Source of the DNA: an archaeon
Lineage (GTDB): Archaea; Iainarchaeota; Iainarchaeia; Iainarchaeales; 1-14-0-10-31-34
Length of the DNA stretch: 32,000 nt
Assembly: GCA_024277355.1 (NCBI GenBank)
Contig: JAJRVL010000005.1
Location: 76,870-108,869, forward strand
Direction of reading: 5' to 3'
Shown here: positions 26,803-32,000 of the stretch, in pieces
Layout of the letters: every line of letters begins with the position of its first letter
How positions within the stretch are numbered: the first letter of the stretch is position 1
Program-made: the position numbers and the translations under genes
Notes under the pieces: generated by a model
Told to the model about the DNA's origin: nothing
Database searches by the model: none
What the model saw: only the letters and a program-made list of their open reading frames with translations

Positions 26803-27348
26803 TTATTTCCATTTAATATTACAGCCTATTGAAGGTTCTTCTTTGATAGTTACTTCTTTTCTTTCATTTAACTGCTGTAAGGCATCTTCTATTTCTGCAG
26901 TAGTTCCTTCTTCGTGTTCATACATATGTGCGTCATCTAATCTGCCGTGGTAGACTAGTTTGTGTTCTGAATTAAACAAAAAAGAATCAGGAGTACATTC
27001 TGCGCCGTAATCTTTAGCTGTTTTTTGTGTGTTGTCGTCTAAATACAAAAACTTAAAGTTTCCTGTTTCAGCATATTCTTTCATGTTTTCAAATGAATCT
27101 TCTTCTATTACTTCTGAATTAGAATTAATTCCAATAACTTGTAAGTCATTAAACTTTTCTTGCAGTTCACTTAAATAATCAAATTTTGGCTGAACATAAG
27201 GGCAGTGATTGCACATAAAAACTATAAGTAGATTTTTTCCCTTAAATTCTTCTAATAAATGTGTTTTGTCATCAATTCCTTTAAGTGAAAATTCAGGAGC
27301 TAAATCCCCTTTTTTTAGTTTGTCGTATTTTGAATATGTAAGAACCAT
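26803..27348 (-). CDS. Thioredoxin-fold thiol-disulfide oxidoreductase (AhpC/TSA-redoxin-like)
   Basis: 181 aa with LLIVFMCNHCPYV, a CxxC in the position typical of thioredoxin-fold proteins. Confidence 0.7.
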   Translation of the reverse strand: MVLTYSKYDKLKKGDLAPEFSLKGIDDKTHLLEEFKGKNLLIVFMCNHCPYVQPKFDYLSELQEKFNDLQVIGINSNSEVIEEDSFENMKEYAETGNFKFLYLDDNTQKTAKDYGAECTPDSFLFNSEHKLVYHGRLDDAHMYEHEEGTTAEIEDALQQLNERKEVTIKEEPSIGCNIKWK

Positions 27349-27580
27349 AAAAATATTTGTGTTCCTTAAACTTTAAAATAATTGGTTTTTTTCTTAGTTG
27401 TGTTTTAGCTTTCTGCTTTTTGTTTTTCTAACTTTTTTTTCATTTCTGAAGAAAGTTTGTTTGGAAAACAAATTTTTTCTTTTATCAAAGTTTGATTCTA
27501 TTAGGTGTGCCTTATTTTCGTTAAGCTTTTTAAACTTATTCTGCTTTCAACAGTTAGGGAAACCTAATGAGAGTGATTTT

Positions 27581-30295
27581 ATGAAAATAACTAAAAGAAC
27601 CGGAGAAGTAACTGAATTTGATGCTGAAAGAATTAAAAACGCAATAACCAAAGCATTTGAAGCAAATAAAATTAATGTTTCAAAAGAAAAAATTGATGAA
27701 ATAGTTTCAGATATTTCAGATGAAATAAGAATCAGATTTACTGATTTTTATCCTAATGTTGAAAACATTCAGGATATAGTTGAAAAGCATTTAATGCATA
27801 ATGATTTTTTTGATACAGCTAAAGCATATATTTTATACAGAGAAAAAAAAACTGAATTAAGGGAAAAACAAACAGAAAAAAATATAGAAAAATCTCTGAA
27901 AGGAAAATTAACTGTTAAAAAAAGAAATGGAAAAACAGTTTTATTTGATTTAAAGAAATTAGAAAAAACAATTGAGAGAATTGCAGAAAACAAAAACATT
28001 GATTCTGAGTTAATTGCAAAAGAAGCAGTAAAAAACATTTTTGACGGAGTTTTAACAGAACAAATTGAAAAAGCATTAATTTTAGCAGGAATTGCTTTTA
28101 TTGAAAAAGACCCTGATTATGATTCCTTTTCAGCTAAACTTTTTTTGCAGAAATTATATAAAGAAGTAATAGGCAAATCTTTTTCTGAAAATGAATTAGA
28201 AGAATTATATAAAAATGCATTTATTGAAGGAATAAATAAAGGAATTAAAGAAAACTTTTTTGATAAAAAATTACTTGAATTTGATTTAGAAAAACTTGCT
28301 AAAGGCTTAAAGCCTGAAAGAGATTTTTTATTCAAGTATTTGGGAATTCAGACTTTATATGAAAGGTATTTTTTAAGAATTAAAGACAAAAGAATTGAAT
28401 TGCCTCAGTCATTCTGGATGAGAGTTGCAATGGGTTTAGCATTAAATGAAGAAAACAAAGAAGAAAAAGCATTAGAATTCTATGAATTAATGTCTTTGTT
28501 TTATTTTGTTCCTTCAACTCCAACTTTATTTCATTCAGGTTTAATTCATTCTCAGTTAAGTTCCTGTTATCTTACTACAGTTGAAGATGACTTAAGCCAT
28601 ATAATGAAATCTGTTTCAGATAATGCTCAGTTATCTAAATGGAGCGGAGGATTAGGAAATGACTGGACTAATGTTCGGGCTACAGGAGCTTTAATTAAAT
28701 CAACTAATGTTGAAAGTCAGGGAGTAATCCCTTTTCTTAAAATTGCAAATGATGTTACTGTTGCAATTAACAGAAGCGGAAAAAGAAGAGGAGCAACTTG
28801 TGCTTACTTAGAAAACTGGCATTTAGATATTGAAGATTTTCTGGATTTAAGAAGAAACACAGGAGATGAAAGAAGAAGAACTCATGACATGAATACTGCT
28901 GTATGGATTCCGGATGAATTTATGAAAAGAGTTTTAGAACAAAAAAACTGGACTTTGTTTTCTCCTGAAGAAGTTCCTGAATTGCATCATATTTTTGGAA
29001 AAGAATTTGAATTAAAATATAAAGAATATGAAGAAAAGGCAAGGCAGGGAAAAATAAGGAAATTTAAAGAAATTCCTGCAAAAGATTTATGGAGAAAAAC
29101 TTTAACCAGATTATTTGAAACAGGGCACCCTTGGATTACTTTTAAAGATCCTTGTAATATTCGTTCTCCGCAGAATCACACAGGAGTAATCCATAACTCT
29201 AATTTATGCACTGAAATTACTTTGAATACTTCAAAAGATGAAACAGCAGTGTGTAATTTAGGTTCAGTTAATTTAAGCAAACACATTGCAGAAGGACAAT
29301 TAAACAAAACTCAATTAGAAAAAACAATTAAAACTGCAATAAGAATGTTGGATAATGTTGTTGACTTAAATTTTTATCCTACAATTGAAGCAAAAAATTC
29401 TAATTTAAAACACAGGCCGATTGGTTTAGGTTTAATGGGTTTTCAGGACGGGTTGTTTAAATTAAACATTAATTTTGATTCTGATAAAGCAGTTGAATTT
29501 GCAGATGAATTAATGGAATTAATTTCTTTTAATGCAATTTCAGCTTCATCTGATTTAGCTAAAGAAAGAACTCCTTATTCAAGTTTTGATGGCTCTAAAT
29601 GGAGTAAAGGAATTTTTCCTTTTGATTCCCTTGAATTACTTGAAAAAGAAAGAGGCATAAAAATTGAAGTTTCAAAAAACAGTAAACTGAATTGGAGTGA
29701 ATTAAAACAAAAAGTAAAACAACAAGGAATGCGTAATTCAAATGTAATGGCTATTGCGCCAACAGCAACAATTTCTAATATAGTAGGAAGTTTTCCTTGT
29801 ATTGAACCAATTTACAAAAACATTTATGTTAAATCAAACATGTCAGGAGAATTTACTATAGTTAATTTTTATCTGATAGAAGACTTAAAGAAATTAAATT
29901 TATGGAATCAGGAAATGCTTGAACAATTAAAATATTTTGACGGAAACTTAAAGTTTATTCCTTCAATTCCTAAAAATTTAAAGGAAAAATATAAAGAAGC
30001 ATTTGAAATTGATGCAATACATTTAATCAAATTAACTGCTGAAAGAGGAAAATGGATTGACCAAAGCCAGTCGCATAATGTTTTTTTAAAAGGAGTTTCA
30101 GGAAAAAAATTAAATGAAGTTTATTTAAGTGCATGGAAAGCAGGGTTAAAAACAACTTATTATTTAAGAGGTTTAGCTGCAAGTCAAATTGAAAAATCAA
30201 CTTTAGATGCAAAATATGGTTTCACTCAAAAAAGAGAATATAAAGAACTAAAAAAAGAAAAAAACGAACCATTAGTCTGCGAGGCTTGTGAGTAG
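27581..30295 (+). CDS. nrdA: Class I ribonucleoside-diphosphate reductase large subunit with two N-terminal ATP-cone-like domains
   Basis: MKITKRTGEVTEFDAERIKNAI... (first cone) and LTVKKRNGKTVLFDLKKLEKTI... (second cone). Catalytic SNLCTEI. C-terminal Cys pair ...LVCEACE. The ATG at 27581 is preferred; the 61-codon extension in the track is hydrophobic junk. Confidence 0.92.
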   Translation: MKITKRTGEVTEFDAERIKNAITKAFEANKINVSKEKIDEIVSDISDEIRIRFTDFYPNVENIQDIVEKHLMHNDFFDTAKAYILYREKKTELREKQTEKNIEKSLKGKLTVKKRNGKTVLFDLKKLEKTIERIAENKNIDSELIAKEAVKNIFDGVLTEQIEKALILAGIAFIEKDPDYDSFSAKLFLQKLYKEVIGKSFSENELEELYKNAFIEGINKGIKENFFDKKLLEFDLEKLAKGLKPERDFLFKYLGIQTLYERYFLRIKDKRIELPQSFWMRVAMGLALNEENKEEKALEFYELMSLFYFVPSTPTLFHSGLIHSQLSSCYLTTVEDDLSHIMKSVSDNAQLSKWSGGLGNDWTNVRATGALIKSTNVESQGVIPFLKIANDVTVAINRSGKRRGATCAYLENWHLDIEDFLDLRRNTGDERRRTHDMNTAVWIPDEFMKRVLEQKNWTLFSPEEVPELHHIFGKEFELKYKEYEEKARQGKIRKFKEIPAKDLWRKTLTRLFETGHPWITFKDPCNIRSPQNHTGVIHNSNLCTEITLNTSKDETAVCNLGSVNLSKHIAEGQLNKTQLEKTIKTAIRMLDNVVDLNFYPTIEAKNSNLKHRPIGLGLMGFQDGLFKLNINFDSDKAVEFADELMELISFNAISASSDLAKERTPYSSFDGSKWSKGIFPFDSLELLEKERGIKIEVSKNSKLNWSELKQKVKQQGMRNSNVMAIAPTATISNIVGSFPCIEPIYKNIYVKSNMSGEFTIVNFYLIEDLKKLNLWNQEMLEQLKYFDGNLKFIPSIPKNLKEKYKEAFEIDAIHLIKLTAERGKWIDQSQSHNVFLKGVSGKKLNEVYLSAWKAGLKTTYYLRGLAASQIEKSTLDAKYGFTQKREYKELKKEKNEPLVCEACE

Positions 30296-30307
30296 TAGGA
30301 AAAAAAA

Positions 30308-30403
30308 ATGACTATAATAAATAATTCTAAGACTGACCCACAACCGCCGCTGTCAGTTGGCACCAGAGTACGGCATAAAGCCGTACTGCAAGGAGGTGAG
30401 TAA
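30308..30403 (+). other. 31-codon uORF made of a duplicated nrdB 5' end plus a GC-rich insert; its stop abuts the nrdB ATG
   Basis: MTIINNSKTDPQPPLSVGTRVRHKAVLQGGE. The first 11 codons match nrdB codons 1-11 (30 of 33 nt, all three differences synonymous). TAA at 30401-30403 is followed directly by the ATG at 30404. Confidence 0.4.
30367..30399 (+). promoter_or_regulatory. GC-rich 8-bp hairpin (AGTACGGC-ATAAA-GCCGTACT) followed by a strong Shine-Dalgarno AAGGAGGTGA, 4 nt before the nrdB ATG
   Basis: Stem arms 30367-30374 and 30380-30387. SD at 30390-30399. This is the only clearly GC-rich stretch I noticed in the window. Confidence 0.55.
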
Positions 30404-31396
30404 ATGACAATTATAAATAATTCTAAGACTGATCCAAATAAAATTCTGCCAATGAAATATTTATGGGCAAGAGAACACTACAAAAACGGAGTAGCAAACA
30501 ACTGGACTCCTGAAGAAATTTCAATGCAGCAGGATATTGAACAATGGAAATCAAATTCTTTAACTAAAGATGAAAAAAGACTGGTATTATGGAATTTAGG
30601 TTTTTTTTCTACAGCAGAATCCTTAACCGCAAACAATATTGTGTTAGCAGTTTACAACAATGTAACTAATCCTGAAAGCCGACAATATTTACTTAGACAG
30701 GCTTTTGAAGAAGCAATTCATACAGACACTTTTATTTATTGCTGTGATTCACTTGGATTAAATCCAGAGGAAATATTTAATATGTATAAGGGTATTCCTT
30801 CAATTAAAGCAAAAGATGATTTTGTAATTAATTTAACTGAATCAATTTTTGATCCAAACTTTAAAACTGATTCAACTGAAAAAATCCAGAAATTTATTCA
30901 TGATTTAATTGGCTATTATGTAATCATGGAAGGAATTTTCTTTTATGCAGGTTTTGCAATGATTCTTGCATTAAAAAGACAGAATAAAATGGTTGGAATA
31001 GGAGAACAATTTGAATATATTATGCGGGATGAAAGCATTCATTTAGCTTTTGGATGTGATTTAATTAACACAATTAAAACTGAAAACCCAGAAATATGGA
31101 CAAAAGAATTTCAGGATGAATTAGTTGGATTAATTAAAAAAGCAGTTGAATTAGAAAAAAATTATGCTTTTGACGCCTGTCCTAACGGCTTATTAGGAAT
31201 TAATGCAGAGCAGTTTGCTGACTATGTTGAATATATTACAGACAGAAGACTTGAAAGAATTGATTTGCCTAAACTTTTTGAAACAAAAAATCCTTTTCCT
31301 TGGATGTCTCAGTCAACTGACTTAACCAAAGAAAAAAACTTTTTTGAAACAAGAGTAACAGAATATCAAACAGCAGGCTCGCTTAAGTGGGATTAA
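30404..31396 (+). CDS. nrdB: Ribonucleotide reductase small subunit, class Ic-type (R2c; Phe at the radical-Tyr position)
   Basis: NLGFFSTAESL (Glu at the first-ligand position), RQAFEEAIHTDTF (ExxH, then Phe at H+4), RDESIHL (second ExxH). Close overall resemblance to the Chlamydia trachomatis R2c pattern as I recall it. Confidence 0.9.
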   Translation: MTIINNSKTDPNKILPMKYLWAREHYKNGVANNWTPEEISMQQDIEQWKSNSLTKDEKRLVLWNLGFFSTAESLTANNIVLAVYNNVTNPESRQYLLRQAFEEAIHTDTFIYCCDSLGLNPEEIFNMYKGIPSIKAKDDFVINLTESIFDPNFKTDSTEKIQKFIHDLIGYYVIMEGIFFYAGFAMILALKRQNKMVGIGEQFEYIMRDESIHLAFGCDLINTIKTENPEIWTKEFQDELVGLIKKAVELEKNYAFDACPNGLLGINAEQFADYVEYITDRRLERIDLPKLFETKNPFPWMSQSTDLTKEKNFFETRVTEYQTAGSLKWD

Positions 31397-31401
31397 ATGA
31401 G

Positions 31402-31962
31402 TTAATCATTTTTTATCTTGCTGTTTTCTGGTCCGGTAATTCCAAAATATTTTGCGTTTTTCTTTTTTGAATAAGGAGTTTCACTTGGAGAAGACAAAAC
31501 ATCTAAAGTAAATCTTGCAATTTTTATTCCAGGCCTTATAATTATTGGAATAGTTGAAATATTGCTTATTTCTAATGTTGGAACTCCTTCAAATCCCGGA
31601 TCAAATGCAGAGGCAGTTGAATGAACTATTAAACCAATTCTTCCTAAACTGCTTCTTCCATCTAATCTTCCTGCTAAATGAGAAGGAATTTTAATGTATT
31701 CTTTTATTGTAGCTAAAATTAATTCTCCCGGATGAACAACAAATTTGTCTCCGTCAGGAATTTCAATTACCTGAGTTAAAGTTGAAGGAATTCCATCTTT
31801 TACATCAATATGAGTTATTTCTTAATGCTTAAAAATACGGAATTGGTTTCCTAAATGACAATCAATTGAAGCACAAGTAATATCATCAAAATTTACTCCT
31901 TTGATTTCTAATTCTCCTTTTTCAATTGCTTTTTTTATATCTTTATCTGATAAAATTGTCAT
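31402..31962 (-). pseudogene. dcd: dCTP deaminase family gene (Dcd/Dcd-Dut) interrupted by one in-frame TAA at codon 47 (31822-31824)
   Basis: Not in the ORF track: the N-terminal piece is too short and the remainder has no Met. Hand translation: MTILSDKDIKKAIEKGELEIKGVNFDDITCASIDCHLGNQFRIFKH*EITHIDVKDG...HLAGRLDGRSSLGRIGLIVHSTASAFDPGFEGVPTLEISN.... 561 nt = 187 codons, frame verified. GGAGG SD upstream. Confidence 0.8.
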
Positions 31963-32000
31963 TAAAAATTCCTCCAATTAGGGTTGCCTTATTTTGTTTA

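Noticed and set aside
27398-27580. 61-codon N-terminal extension of nrdA suggested by the ORF track
   Set aside because: It starts at a non-ATG codon and encodes hydrophobic F/L-rich junk from T-rich intergenic DNA. The ATP-cone consensus begins at the ATG at 27581, which has an upstream SD-like GAGAGTGA.
30341-30403. GC-rich insert as a tRNA, tRNA fragment or other known small RNA gene
   Set aside because: I could find no cloverleaf-compatible pairing, no T-loop GTTCRA-type box, and only one convincing hairpin. At 63 nt it is too short for a tRNA with flanks. It is kept as a finding of unknown nature rather than called as an RNA gene.
8282-31824. Possibility that the in-frame TGA (MATE) and TAA (dcd) reflect an alternative genetic code
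   Set aside because: TGA terminates rpoH and rpoB'' exactly at their conserved C-termini, with ATGA or short-gap coupling to the next gene. TAA terminates many well-conserved genes here (for example sufB, sufS and nrdB). Two different stop codons would both need reassignment. Point mutation, error or strain variation is more parsimonious.
1-32000. Search for CRISPR arrays, rRNA/tRNA genes, transposases or integrases
   Set aside because: I saw no regularly spaced direct repeats, no GC-rich structured-RNA-like islands other than 30341-30403, and no ORF with DDE, tyrosine or serine recombinase motifs. The only repeats found are those listed as features.

Overview
Strongly AT-rich, tightly packed archaeal sequence. 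The evidence is a split RNA polymerase B (rpoH-rpoB''-rpoB' order), an archaeal CTP-type riboflavin kinase, a split transketolase and a two-subunit 2-oxoacid:ferredoxin oxidoreductase. The small size, the many bacterial-like genes and the lipobox surface proteins fit a DPANN-like lineage, but that is inference. Housekeeping content: RNAP subunits, RbkR-like regulator/kinase, UppP, OFOR alpha/beta, DUF211+VIT pair, GT4 glycosyltransferase + TylF-like methyltransferase, split transketolase, an ArsR-regulated bacterial-type sufCBDSU operon, a thioredoxin-fold protein, and class I RNR nrdA-nrdB. Accessory content: a RelE/RHH toxin-antitoxin (TA) pair, a Doc toxin at the end of the suf operon, a lipobox beta-propeller protein, a lipobox metzincin-like protease with a Cys-rich MopE-type module, and a six-gene operon of unknown function (4090-6641). 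That operon contains a tandemly duplicated two-gene membrane module whose small genes are missing from the ORF track. Main oddities: (1) the nrdA-nrdB junction carries a copy of the first 11 nrdB codons plus a GC-rich hairpin/SD insert, forming a uORF that stops right at the nrdB ATG; (2) NrdB has the class Ic (Mn/Fe, Phe-for-Tyr) signature; (3) two otherwise intact genes have single in-frame stop codons, a MATE transporter (TGA at 8282-8284) and a dCTP deaminase (TAA at 31822-31824), the latter invisible in the ORF track; (4) rpoB' (1-1506) is also absent from the ORF track because it runs off the window. I found no rRNA, tRNA, CRISPR array or recognisable transposase.
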